Shown here piece by piece: positions 46,701 to 55,686 of a DNA stretch of 64,000 nucleotides. The stretch covers positions 48,936 through 112,935 of the forward strand of contig JANORP010000378.1 in assembly GCA_031415375.1 (NCBI GenBank), in the 5' to 3' direction. Each line of letters opens with the position of its first letter. Positions within the stretch are counted from its first letter, which is position 1. A program made the position numbers and the translations under genes. This stretch comes from Bacteroidota bacterium. GTDB taxonomy: Bacteria; Bacteroidota; Bacteroidia; J057; JADKCL01. The notes below the pieces were generated by a model. The model saw only the letters and a list, made by a program, of their open reading frames with translations, had not been told where the DNA came from and made no database searches.

Positions 46701-49379
46701 ATCGGCATCGACGGTGACGACCTGCACTTTGTGGTCGATGTCGGTGAGGATCATGCCGCGCGCCTTGTCGCCCTTGGGGATCTTGATGCCCACAAAGCGG
46801 TCATAAGGGTAATAGGGCAGACTAAAGCGGTCGGTGGAGAATGCGCCACCAGGCTCGAAGACTTTGGTCACGAAGTTGGCGTTGAGTTTTCCCGGCGCAT
46901 TTCCACTGAGTGCGATTTTGAGGGGAATTTTGGCGATGCCATCCTCATCGACCTTGCCTTCAAAGATCGTCTGGCGCTCTGCGTCAAATTTGCGCACGGG
47001 GTCGTCAAATTCATAGTCTGCATACCGCTTGAAGCTGGTAGGCGTGGATGTGAGGGCGACACTTACGTCGGCAGCGAGGTTTTTGGCGATGGCGCCATGC
47101 AGCCATTGCACCTCTAGCTTGCCCTCCATGTTTTCCATTTCCTTGGAGAGAAATTCTTTGCCAAAGTCGATCTTGATCTTGAGGCGGTTGGGCATCACCG
47201 TCTCGATCTTGATCGTCTTGTCAAAGCTTGCGCCGCCGACATCGACCCGCAGATTGTAATTTCCGGTAGGGGCATTGTCTGCGGTGGCGGTTTGGTAGGT
47301 ATAGACGCCATTGACATGGCTGGTCTTGATACTTTTGTTCACGAGCTGCCCGAGGGAGTTGGTCAGGGTGAATGTGACAGGGTGATCTGCGGGCAATGAG
47401 CTCAACTCATCCTCCAACATGAAGGTGCTGAAAATCGTGTCGCCGGGTCGCCAGACGCCGCGCTCGCCATAGATAAAGCCCTTCACGCCTTTGTAGTAGC
47501 GCTGCCCGCTGATGTCAAATTTGCTCAAGGAGAGTGCGTAGCCATCGCCCAGCTTCAGGTATCCCCGCTGATTGCCTTGCTTGGCCACGATCACAAAGGG
47601 CACGATATCGACATCTGCCGTGGCGATGCCCTCGCTATTGGTACTGAGGCGCTTGAGGACTTGGCGTTGGTAATCGTAGATCTCGATGTCCACGCCGCCG
47701 AGGGGCGCGGTGGTGTGCAAATCATTGACGGCGATCGTCATCGTGCCATCGGTGCCACGCTTGGCGATGATGCCGAGGTCGCTTGCGAGGATGTTGCGGC
47801 TTGCACCACGGCTTTCGTAGGTGTAGTAGGCCTTGTGGCAAGGATTGTCGCGGTTGTCCCAGGTATCGCCATAGTCGGTGTCGTCATAGTATTCCCAATA
47901 GCTGCTTTCATCGCCATTGTCGCTCCAAGCGCCTTCTTCTTCGGCAGGCTTCTTCTTCGATTCGGATTCCCCGGCAGCCTCGGCCTCTGCTTCACAAGTA
48001 TAGATGGAGTGCTCCTTGCTAAAATTGACTGTGACGCGGTAGATGGCACCGGGCTCGGAATTGATGAGGCTGCCCAGGTCGATGATGTGACGGTTCCATT
48101 GGTGCAGGTTCAGGGACTTGTCGCCGTCGAGGCGCACGGTGCTGCGGTGCACGACCTTGCCTACGCGCTGCAATTCGCGGTCGCCCTCGAGGTCATTGAC
48201 TTGGAGGAATTGGAGGATGTTGTTTTCATAGATCTTCATGATCTCGAGATCGACGGCCTTGAGGCTCACGGCCTCAAATGCAAAGGGGAGCTGTGCACCA
48301 GCGCGGGGCAGGATGTTGCCATTGCCAGCAATGCGCACCTCTGGCTTGAGTTCTTCAAATTGAATGTCGAAGGTCTTGCCTTCCTTGAGCTTGTGGCCGA
48401 GGATGTTTTGCACGCCCGGCGATACCGTAAGCGTGTGCTCGCCGGTGGTACGCACAGCGGGAAAGACCTTTACGTCATTGCCTTCGACGGTATAGCGCAG
48501 CCGCATGTCGCCGAGGCGGATGAGGCCATTGAGGTCTTGTGCCTTGCGGATTGGGTCGCTGAATGTGAGCACGACATATTGGTCGGGATCGTTGTAGGTT
48601 TTGTATTCCATTACCGCAAATTCGCCGAGGGCTGGAATGCGTACCTCCGTTTTGCCTTCCTTGTCGATGCCCAAGGCATCGCCATCCCAAGAGATGGTGA
48701 CCATCGAGGCCGACCCGCCACGGCGCAGGCTATCCACCCTGAAGGTATGCTCGCGCCCATCAAGGCTATGCGACCACTTTACACGAAATTGGTCGTCGTC
48801 TTGCTCGGCCGTCAGCACTTTTTCGACAAGTTCTGGAAACTCATAGTCGGCCGTGGTGAGCGTGCCGTTGAGCGCTTGCCAGATGAGTTTTTGTTTGTCG
48901 AGGGTCTCGATGCCGAGCACGCTCACTTCAAAATTTTGCTGCTCGGTCTCAAATTGGAACGGGAATGTCTGCAATTTGTCTTCAAGGCCCGTGACAAATT
49001 TTCCCAATTCAAAGGTCGCTGTGTAAAATTGAGCGGTCGGCATGGGCTTGCTGGACTCAAATTGCAAGGTGCGGGCATCGATCCAAATGGCTTTGCCCTC
49101 TAGCTCAGGCTCAAACGTGAAGGGGTTCTCGCTGAGTGCAACGCCGATCTGATCGTCCTTGACGGCGTTCTCATTGAGTCGCACCTTGATCGTGGACTGT
49201 CGAGAGATCTTGCCTGTCGTGTAGGCCCCAATGTAGGGCGCAAAAGCTTCGTCAAATTTGTAATCGTGCGTCACTTGCTTCTTGCTGCAAGCGATCAGCA
49301 GTGTGAGACAAAGCACTGCGAGAAGTGTTTTGCTGAGGCTGGGAGGGTTAAAAATCTTCATGGGATTCGGTATTGGCAA
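43725..49379 (-). CDS. Bacterial alpha-2-macroglobulin family lipoprotein (1,884 aa)
   Basis: Lipobox 'LTLLIAC'. Thioester motif 'GCVEQ' in 'LEYPHGCVEQTTSS'. The size, the MG-domain architecture and the conserved synteny with pbpC all fit. Confidence 0.9.
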   Translation of the reverse strand: MPIPNPMKIFNPPSLSKTLLAVLCLTLLIACSKKQVTHDYKFDEAFAPYIGAYTTGKISRQSTIKVRLNENAVKDDQIGVALSENPFTFEPELEGKAIWIDARTLQFESSKPMPTAQFYTATFELGKFVTGLEDKLQTFPFQFETEQQNFEVSVLGIETLDKQKLIWQALNGTLTTADYEFPELVEKVLTAEQDDDQFRVKWSHSLDGREHTFRVDSLRRGGSASMVTISWDGDALGIDKEGKTEVRIPALGEFAVMEYKTYNDPDQYVVLTFSDPIRKAQDLNGLIRLGDMRLRYTVEGNDVKVFPAVRTTGEHTLTVSPGVQNILGHKLKEGKTFDIQFEELKPEVRIAGNGNILPRAGAQLPFAFEAVSLKAVDLEIMKIYENNILQFLQVNDLEGDRELQRVGKVVHRSTVRLDGDKSLNLHQWNRHIIDLGSLINSEPGAIYRVTVNFSKEHSIYTCEAEAEAAGESESKKKPAEEEGAWSDNGDESSYWEYYDDTDYGDTWDNRDNPCHKAYYTYESRGASRNILASDLGIIAKRGTDGTMTIAVNDLHTTAPLGGVDIEIYDYQRQVLKRLSTNSEGIATADVDIVPFVIVAKQGNQRGYLKLGDGYALSLSKFDISGQRYYKGVKGFIYGERGVWRPGDTIFSTFMLEDELSSLPADHPVTFTLTNSLGQLVNKSIKTSHVNGVYTYQTATADNAPTGNYNLRVDVGGASFDKTIKIETVMPNRLKIKIDFGKEFLSKEMENMEGKLEVQWLHGAIAKNLAADVSVALTSTPTSFKRYADYEFDDPVRKFDAERQTIFEGKVDEDGIAKIPLKIALSGNAPGKLNANFVTKVFEPGGAFSTDRFSLPYYPYDRFVGIKIPKGDKARGMILTDIDHKVQVVTVDADGNPKGERKVEMTLYKLDWKWWWDQTANSETTYNEKFYQEQVSKDTISVRNGEGTWKFNVKYPAWGRYMVRACDEGGHCTGQVVYIDWPGWAGRSQKDNPGGATMLTFSADKENYKVGENVTLTIPTGKAGRALVSLESGAKVISTHWVESNGLDAASYTFPATAEMAPNIYAHVSLIQPHAQTVNDLPMRMYGVIPIEITDPKTELKPKIIVGDVLAPMERVDVGVSEATGQAMTYTVAVVDEGLLDLTRFETPNPWASFYAREALDVKTWDLYDKVIGAYGADLTKLLGIGGDDGMAPKEGSKQNRFRPVVKFMGPFSLKPGETKKHSFMMPNYVGAVRTMVVARNGSAYGSSEKSSRVRKPLMVLGTLPRVLGPGEELRLPVTVFAMENHVKDVNVTLDASDIFTINGPKTKSLSFARPGDELVSFELAVKERIGKGTVKVTARSGSEVAIYHIDIDVRNPNPKVVNVTEKAVDANQAWTQSVAYPGMVGTNKGTLELSTIPPINLGKRLKYLLEYPHGCVEQTTSSVFPQLYVSNLIDMPAGMQQQIDKNIRAGLDRLETFQQASGGLSYWPGTGEVDEWGTNYAGNFIVEAKNKGYRVSQTFLTKWIAFQKKAAKNWSATARAGQLIQGDRLYLLALAGSPELGAMNRLRETPGLDNVAQWRLAAAYKLAGQPETAVRLSKDLAIAVPKYQEQCFTYGNDIRDQAIILECIGIIGNRVRGAELSKKVSTALSKDEWMSTQTTGYCLIAMAKYAGLSQGQNSKMEYAYRINGGNWVDGSSAKPIAQIDLAIGHGTQSSIELKNKGTGILFARVIAEGIPAKGDQDASQNHVSLAVNYFDMQGAPLDPTTLEQGTDFVAEITMKNPGTKGDLDELALTQIFPSGWEIHNTRMDGTGFEKAIAQPDYQDIRDDRVFTYFDLGSPGQKARYPWAYPTRKSEENEKTFRILLNASYLGKFYLPTVYVEAMYDNSISARIPGKWVTVVTPENS

Positions 49380-49655
49380 ATGAAAATCTTGCTATTCGAA
49401 TATACTGCCTTTTGCAGCCTGAGGTTAGCTTTCAAGATAGTAAATATCGGACAATTTCTATTGCTTTTGAGCCAGTGATCGTCGTCATGAATGCGGATGA
49501 TTATTTCGGGTAGATCGGCTGCAAGCGCGCGTAACGTCAATTTTTCAGACCTTGTACGCTACCGAGTCCTTTGAAAGCGAAGAGGATGACGAACTACCCC
49601 ATTATCGATCATTCGTTCGCTTGCGTTTGTAGTTCAAATTCACCAACTTGCTGTC

Positions 49656-50657
49656 ATGTCAGAGCACCAATCACCCGAAAAAAAGACGGCCGTCCAGATG
49701 AAGGAAGGCGAGGCCGAATCGACAGGCAAGCAGCTTCCAGCGCCTGCCTTTAACCTTACCGCACCGCCGATACAGCGCCAAGAAGCGCCAGGCATTGCAC
49801 CGGCGACGACGGCTGCGCCCGTAGCCGATCCCGCGCAGGTGCCTGGGGTCGTTGCGGAGAAGACACAACTCGCTGCTGGCCCGGAAGGCGATGTGAACCT
49901 CAATCAGAAATATGACGACCTCGTCGCAGAGACTCCTGCGACCAATGTCGAGATTGCCACTTGGGTACTCAAGGCTGCGGGTGATGACATTGGTTTTGTG
50001 ACTTGGAACACGACTGCTGCCAAGACCAATTGGGAGCAAATTCGAGATGGCAAGGCCACAGGTGCTGTCGCTGATCCCGCAGCAGCAGAGGTCCTGAAGG
50101 CGCTGCCAACCGTGGTTGCGCTTGTGAAGGCACGCGTGAACCGCTACATTGCTGCTGGCTACACAGGTACCAAGGAGACCCTGCAACTCGGCAGTTTCAT
50201 GAACGGTCGCACGGGCACCCATGGCGATGGCCAAGCCATCGATATCAATGGTCTGGACTTTACTACCTCTGCCGCTAAAGTATTGCAGCTGATGAAAGAC
50301 CTGCCTTCAGGCAAGCTCTACGGTTTCGGCCTTCCAGGACAAGGCGACTTCTTTGAGAATACAAAAAGTCTGGATGCCCAAAAACGTGTCGTGGAGGCAA
50401 CGGGCGTTGCTGGAACCGCGACAGGCTGGAGGAAATTTGTGACAGGCAACTATTCCTCCACCTATACGCCTGCTGTACCTGCCGCTGGCGGCAAGCCTGC
50501 AGTTGCTGCCAAGTGGAGCGCGCCCGTCGCTGCGACTGGCACTGCCCTATCGCTATACATGAAAAGTCAGGACATCAAGGATCAAGTAGCCGCAATGCCG
50601 GGCGCATTCGTCTATCCCGACAACGACAATCACATCCATGTGGACACGCGCAACTAG
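49656..50657 (+). CDS. LAS/M15-family zinc peptidase-like cell-wall hydrolase with a disordered N-terminus and no signal peptide
   Basis: 'THGDGQAIDI' matches the M15 signature HxxGxAxD, and the C-terminal 'DNHIHVD' supplies the HxH motif. The first ~90 aa are Pro/Ala/Glu-rich and lack a hydrophobic signal. Confidence 0.65.
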   Translation: MSEHQSPEKKTAVQMKEGEAESTGKQLPAPAFNLTAPPIQRQEAPGIAPATTAAPVADPAQVPGVVAEKTQLAAGPEGDVNLNQKYDDLVAETPATNVEIATWVLKAAGDDIGFVTWNTTAAKTNWEQIRDGKATGAVADPAAAEVLKALPTVVALVKARVNRYIAAGYTGTKETLQLGSFMNGRTGTHGDGQAIDINGLDFTTSAAKVLQLMKDLPSGKLYGFGLPGQGDFFENTKSLDAQKRVVEATGVAGTATGWRKFVTGNYSSTYTPAVPAAGGKPAVAAKWSAPVAATGTALSLYMKSQDIKDQVAAMPGAFVYPDNDNHIHVDTRN

Positions 50658-51339
50658 CCTGTCCCGAGGTGGATTGATAGCAATATGCCTGCTTTTGCTG
50701 CTCAGCGCCTGTTCCCTGCGCAGGCACGATGCTTGGACGCAGTTACAACCCTTGTTTCCCGCGATCGGAGCCGATACAGTGCACCTTGCGAGTTGGTGCA
50801 GGAAGGAATCTGAACCAGAATTTGTGCAGCACTTGTGCCGTGACAGCAGCCTCTCGGCAGCTGTGGGCCTCCCAATCGGCAGTTTTCGCTGTCATGGTTG
50901 GCAACGGATCGATCGGCGGCATGCCCTGTTCATCGTCGAGACCTATACAGGAATGTGTGGGACCACCTATTATCCATTTGTAGCAACGCGCGGGGTGGAC
51001 ACCTTGACTTTGGCGGCAATTCCCTTTGCGATGGCGCTGTATGGAGATGGTGAGCCAATTGCCGTGGGCGACAATGTCCTTACTGAGGAGGGCGATGAAG
51101 TCTGGCTCTTGGACCAGGACCGTGACGGCGACCTCGACGTCGTGTATTCGGGTTGGCAACACGGGTGCGTTGCTGTGGCTAGCCTCAGTGAACCGGGAAA
51201 ATTGGAGTCAGATTGCAAAGAGGAATATGGTAGCCCCAGACTGTATGAATGGAAAAACGGGCAATACCAGGAGCGGGTGCTGCCCAACGCCGATGCATTT
51301 TTGAAGTTGCGTCTTGATCGAAGGGAAGGCGACCGATAA
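50638..51339 (+). CDS. Hypothetical lipoprotein
   Basis: 'GGLIAICLLLLLSAC' provides the signal and lipobox. The start overlaps the upstream peptidase gene by 20 nt. 'DQDRDGDLDVV' is an FG-GAP/Ca-binding-like motif. Confidence 0.6.
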   Translation: MWTRATSLSRGGLIAICLLLLLSACSLRRHDAWTQLQPLFPAIGADTVHLASWCRKESEPEFVQHLCRDSSLSAAVGLPIGSFRCHGWQRIDRRHALFIVETYTGMCGTTYYPFVATRGVDTLTLAAIPFAMALYGDGEPIAVGDNVLTEEGDEVWLLDQDRDGDLDVVYSGWQHGCVAVASLSEPGKLESDCKEEYGSPRLYEWKNGQYQERVLPNADAFLKLRLDRREGDR

Positions 51340-51409
51340 GGGAGGACTACAAACCAGGAATAGGGTCAAAGACCATTGTCATCTTTGCAGGTTTGGCAAA
51401 CAATTTCGC

Positions 51410-52294
51410 TCATCCCAATACCACCGATGTCATGGATAGCGATCCACCGACGGGCACATCATTGAAGAAGGCCAATGAATCGGTTTTGCCTTGTGTGCCT
51501 AGCACGTACAGCAATGGCAGGTAATGCTCTGGCGTAGGGATGGCGAGCATCGCAGACTTGCCAAGCTTAGGGTAATCGATGAGGGCTTGGTGATTGCCTG
51601 AGAGGATGTTTTTCTTGAAGGTCTCGTTGATTTCCTGTGCCCAGTCGAATGCGTAGGGCATGTTGAAGTCGCGGTCCCAGGCCACCATCCCAAGGTTGTG
51701 GACGATGTTGCCGCTGCCGATGATGAGCACGCCCTTGCTGCGCAGTGCTGCAAGTTCTTGGGCGAGCGCATAGTGGTATTGTGGCGACTGGGTGTAGTCG
51801 AGGCTCAGTTGCACGATGGGAATGTTGGCGTCGGGATAGAGGTTGCGGGTCACGCTCCAACAGCCATGGTCAAAGCCCCAACTGTTGTCGGCGACGACCT
51901 GTGTCTTGTGCACAGCAGCTTGCGTTTCGGTCACGAGCCAATCGCTCCCCGGCGCGGGGTATTGCACATCAAAGAGTGCCTGGGGGAATCCGCCGAAGTC
52001 GTGGATGGTCGGTGGCATGGCCTGCGCAGTCACCTTGGTGCCCTTTGTTTCCCAGTGGGCCGATATCATAAGAATTGCCTTTGGTGTTGGCAATTTTGCG
52101 GCGATGGCTTTCATTTCCCGTGTGAAGCGGTTGTCTTCGATCGCATTCATGGGGCTGCCATGGCCGATGAAGAGCGCAGGTAGCATTTCCGTTGGGCGTA
52201 AGTCGCCCAGCAATTCGTTCAGTGCTTTCAGATTCATTGTGGCTCCCACGAGGGTCGTGAGACCCGCTATTTTGAGAAATTGTTTTCGATCCAT
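51410..52294 (-). CDS. ygiD: 4,5-DOPA dioxygenase extradiol (LigB/YgiD family), Tat-like signal
   Basis: Family motifs present: 'GHGSPMNA', 'IHDFGGFPQALFDVQYPAPG', 'FDHGCWSV' and 'GSGNIVHNL'. The N-terminal 'MDRKQFLKIAG' resembles a Tat motif of the RK variant. Confidence 0.85.
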   Translation of the reverse strand: MDRKQFLKIAGLTTLVGATMNLKALNELLGDLRPTEMLPALFIGHGSPMNAIEDNRFTREMKAIAAKLPTPKAILMISAHWETKGTKVTAQAMPPTIHDFGGFPQALFDVQYPAPGSDWLVTETQAAVHKTQVVADNSWGFDHGCWSVTRNLYPDANIPIVQLSLDYTQSPQYHYALAQELAALRSKGVLIIGSGNIVHNLGMVAWDRDFNMPYAFDWAQEINETFKKNILSGNHQALIDYPKLGKSAMLAIPTPEHYLPLLYVLGTQGKTDSLAFFNDVPVGGSLSMTSVVLG

Positions 52295-52483
52295 TGGGTT
52301 GTAGCGCTTCGTTTTTTCACGCTGCCTACTTCTACCACGAAGTTACGGAATAAATTGCGTGTCGCGACATGTAATTTGTAGCCAGCTGACCGACGCTGTC
52401 TGCGCCGTATCCCGCGTCGATCCTACCGCGTCTCGGCTTGGGGCGGGGAGTAGCGCAGCGAGACGTTCCTGAAAACAAAATCC

Positions 52484-53377
52484 TCAAAACAAGGTCTGGA
52501 TCCCGCTTTGACTGCTCACGTACGCCCCAAATTTGCGCATGGTCTCATAGAAATCGTCGTATTTGGGTGTGGTGCGGAGCTTTTTCATCCATTCCTCGGG
52601 AATGGCATCACTGCCCATTGCGACCCCTGCGATTTGCCCGGCGATGGAGCAATTGGTGTCGGTATCGCCACCTGCAGCCACGATTTCCTTCATCATGCTT
52701 TGAATGCCGATGGTCGGGGCCTGTTGCGCCGCAAAGAGTGCCAATGGCACTGAGTCCACGACATAGCCACTGCTGCCAAACTTCTTGCCAATGTCACGAA
52801 TGCGGAGGCCCGGATGCTGCGCGATCGCATCGAGGCGGTCGCGCACGCGGGAGTCGGGCAGTACTTTGATGATGGCAGGGATGAAATTTTGCTGCTGATT
52901 TTGAATGAGACGGATCGCCCATACCACCGCCAAGGCACCCACATAGGCATCTGCGTTGTGGTGCGTGATGCGGCACACGTTTTCCAGGAGCATGCGGTCA
53001 TCCTCCTTTTTGGGGTCGAGTAAAAACGCGAGGGGCGCGATGCGCATCGCCGCGCCATTGCCAGCCGACATCTCACCCTTGGCGCCTACTTGACTCCAAT
53101 TGCCGCCCCCAACCAACTCCACCAAAGCCTTCAAGGTCGATGCCCCAAGGCCCGTGAGCCGACGGTCGCGGTACCATCGCCGAAAGGTCTGCGAAAGGTG
53201 TTCGGGATCGACGCTGCCCTTCTCCATGATCGACTCGCAGGTCGCCATCGAGAGCTGCGTATCGTCGGTAAAAAACCACGGCGCATCGCCAGATGGGATG
53301 TCTGATTGCTCATACTTAGAGCCATAAGCGTCGCCGAGGGCTCCCATCAGCAGACAAGATTTGACCTTTTCGTCCAT
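52484..53377 (-). CDS. ADP-ribosylglycohydrolase family protein
   Basis: Family motifs present: 'GALGDAYG', 'FTDDTQL' and 'GGDTDTNCSIAGQIAG'. ATG 53377 is preferred over GTG 53395. Confidence 0.85.
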   Translation of the reverse strand: MDEKVKSCLLMGALGDAYGSKYEQSDIPSGDAPWFFTDDTQLSMATCESIMEKGSVDPEHLSQTFRRWYRDRRLTGLGASTLKALVELVGGGNWSQVGAKGEMSAGNGAAMRIAPLAFLLDPKKEDDRMLLENVCRITHHNADAYVGALAVVWAIRLIQNQQQNFIPAIIKVLPDSRVRDRLDAIAQHPGLRIRDIGKKFGSSGYVVDSVPLALFAAQQAPTIGIQSMMKEIVAAGGDTDTNCSIAGQIAGVAMGSDAIPEEWMKKLRTTPKYDDFYETMRKFGAYVSSQSGIQTLF

Positions 53378-53766
53378 TTTTTCGCGCTTCAGCACGCCAT
53401 CATAGATAAGGTGGCGCTTGAGTAGGCATCAAAAATAGCCTTCTCAACCCAGACCACATTGCCCATTTTTCCTCAAACCTTGGCGGGCCTGACCTATGGA
53501 GTAGGCGATGAGGCCTTCTCTGTCTTCAATGAATAGCTAGGAAATCAGGTTTCTAGGAACTGTCATGGGCCTTACATTGGTTGGTGAATTTTTTGTTTAA
53601 AGCTATTTTTTCGCGCCTTATACCCCTTTTAGGGCGTATTGTGATTATTTTCTTGGAGGCAAAAACTTTGTAATTACTTATATAACAATTGATTAAATAT
53701 TGTTTTTGAATCATTGATTTTCCAGCTATTTTTCAGGTACTTTGATGCGGTATTATTTTCTTAAAT

Positions 53767-53949
53767 ATGATAACTGAAAACGTGGGTCAAGTAAGCAATG
53801 AAGCGGTTGCCAGTCAATCGGCCGTCCTAGTGTTAGATGCCAAAATGGTGCCTGGTCCGGTGTTGAGGAGATTAATCGAAGAGGTAAGGCATGATCGCCA
53901 AAACAACATTACGGCCTATGATCGCCTACACAATCGTCACAATCGTTGA
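53767..53949 (+). CDS. Candidate RiPP precursor peptide (60 aa, or 34 aa from Met27)
   Basis: MITENVGQVSNEAVASQSAVLVLDAKMVPGPVLRRLIEEVRHDRQNNITAYDRLHNRHNR. Its stop codon overlaps the first possible start of the radical SAM gene. A 370-bp AT-rich region lies upstream. Confidence 0.55.
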   Translation: MITENVGQVSNEAVASQSAVLVLDAKMVPGPVLRRLIEEVRHDRQNNITAYDRLHNRHNR

Positions 53950-55100
53950 TTGCTGTGGATGAGGAATGCACTCGGGTGGATTTAGATACTGTGCTACTGA
54001 AAGTTGCGAGTCGGTGCAACATTGATTGTACCTATTGTTACGTGTACCAAATGGGTGATGATCAGTGGACTCGTCTGGGTAAATTTATGTCCAATGAGAC
54101 AATTGAGGCCGTATGCACTTCACTTCAAGCTCTTTCAAAAAGTCAAGCTTCCCGATTTAGCGTTGTACTTCATGGTGGGGAACCGCTCCTTCTAGGAGCC
54201 TCAAGGTTGAAATACCTATTGGAGTCTTTGCGAAATGTTTTGCCTTTGGAGTATCCGATTAGCATCCAGACAAATGGGATCTTGATCACGACCGAGCTTT
54301 TGGATATTTGTTCCACCTTTCGTGCTAGCTTGTCGGTGAGCATCGATGGACCAAGGCAGCTCCACGATGCTCAGAGAATTAAGTTTGATGGTGGCGGTAC
54401 TTTTGATGAAGTTTTGCGTGGGATCGAGATGCTCGAGTCACACTCAGATGCCTTGTTTTTATATGCAGGGCTTTTGGCGGTAGTTGACCCTTGCTCGGAC
54501 CCTCAAGAGGTGTACACCTTCTTCAAAACAATCGGAGCGCCAAGCGTGGACTTCCTCTATAAGGATGGAAACCATTGCAGACTGCCCCTTTCCAAGGCCT
54601 TTTTCGAGTCAGTTGAATACGGCTCATGGATGGCTAGCCTCTTCAACATTTACATTTCCGACCCAGATCCGATCCGTATCCGCATTTTGGATGATATGAC
54701 AAAAGCAATCTTGGGTGGCCTCATCTCCAAGGAAGGAATGGGCGTTTCAGATTTTGGAATCCTCATCATCGATACTGATGGGACGATTGCCAAAAATGAT
54801 ACATTGAAAAGCTCCTTCAATGGTGCGGATCGGTTTTCCGTTTCTCGGAATATCAGGGATACTGTCTTGGGTGAATTTTTGAAATCCGACGAGTTTCAAG
54901 CTTACCGCCGCATGCAACGGCCATCTTGCCTTCAGTGTTCTCTTTGCCCGGAATTGAAAGTCTGCGGCGGAGGGATGACCTTGCATCGTTGGAGCGATGA
55001 CAATGCTTTCAACAATCCTTCAATTTACTGCTCTGATCAGCTTTACCTGATCGGAATGATTCGGCAGCAACTTGCTCAATATCAGATTGTTTATGCCTGA
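53946..55100 (+). CDS. Radical SAM/SPASM-domain peptide maturase (FxsB-like)
   Basis: 'RCNIDCTYCY' is the CX3CX2C cluster. The C-terminal 'CLQCSLCPELKVCGGG...IYCSDQ' is a SPASM-type auxiliary-cluster motif. The start is TTG 53946 or GTG 53955. Confidence 0.85.
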   Translation: MIAVDEECTRVDLDTVLLKVASRCNIDCTYCYVYQMGDDQWTRLGKFMSNETIEAVCTSLQALSKSQASRFSVVLHGGEPLLLGASRLKYLLESLRNVLPLEYPISIQTNGILITTELLDICSTFRASLSVSIDGPRQLHDAQRIKFDGGGTFDEVLRGIEMLESHSDALFLYAGLLAVVDPCSDPQEVYTFFKTIGAPSVDFLYKDGNHCRLPLSKAFFESVEYGSWMASLFNIYISDPDPIRIRILDDMTKAILGGLISKEGMGVSDFGILIIDTDGTIAKNDTLKSSFNGADRFSVSRNIRDTVLGEFLKSDEFQAYRRMQRPSCLQCSLCPELKVCGGGMTLHRWSDDNAFNNPSIYCSDQLYLIGMIRQQLAQYQIVYA

Positions 55101-55686
55101 AACCTCTTGCATTGATTTTTCCAAGATTCAACGGGAAAGCAATCCATTTAGTCATTTCTACCTGACCTCTGTGTTACGAGAGCATCTGGACAAAGAACTC
55201 TTCGAATGGTTGGAGCAGACTGACGCTTGGCAATCAGTCGAAACCGATTTTTATGAACAGTATGAGTTTTCGCTTCAAAGTGTCGCGCTTCCAGCTCGCT
55301 TGTCTTGCCTCGTAGCCGAGAAGACGATTCGGGAAACACGGCAAACAATGCAGGAGATATTTTTGGTAGAGAAGCTTGATTTGGTGGGAATTGTTGCGCA
55401 CAAATTGGTAGAAGGACAGCACATTGGAATTCACAACGACTTCATTGAGGGTGAAGAGACGCATCGCCTAGTGATACAGATCAACCCCCATTGGACCGAA
55501 AGCAATGGTGGGTACCTCATGTTATTCAACTCTCAGGACGTGGAGGATGTTTCAAAAGTGATCTCCCCGATCAACAATACTGCCTTTGGCTTTGAAATAT
55601 CAAAGGATTCTCACCACGCAGTTTCCAAAATCTATGGCCTCCCTAGGTACAGCATTGTCTACACGTTCCGGTTGCGCGACAAATGA
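55093..55686 (+). CDS. 2OG-Fe(II) oxygenase superfamily protein (prolyl-4-hydroxylase-like)
   Basis: 'HIGIHNDF' is the HxD motif, 'GGYLMLF' follows, 'SHHAVSKI' supplies the distal His, and 'PRYSIVYTF' supplies the Arg. ATG 55093 overlaps the rSAM stop by 8 nt. Confidence 0.75.
   Translation: MPETSCIDFSKIQRESNPFSHFYLTSVLREHLDKELFEWLEQTDAWQSVETDFYEQYEFSLQSVALPARLSCLVAEKTIRETRQTMQEIFLVEKLDLVGIVAHKLVEGQHIGIHNDFIEGEETHRLVIQINPHWTESNGGYLMLFNSQDVEDVSKVISPINNTAFGFEISKDSHHAVSKIYGLPRYSIVYTFRLRDK

Noticed and set aside
43974-49103. 556-aa (43974..45644) and 508-aa (47577..49103) plus-strand ORFs
   Set aside because: Both lie wholly antisense within the alpha-2-macroglobulin gene and are Gly/Ala/His/Arg-rich shadow frames.
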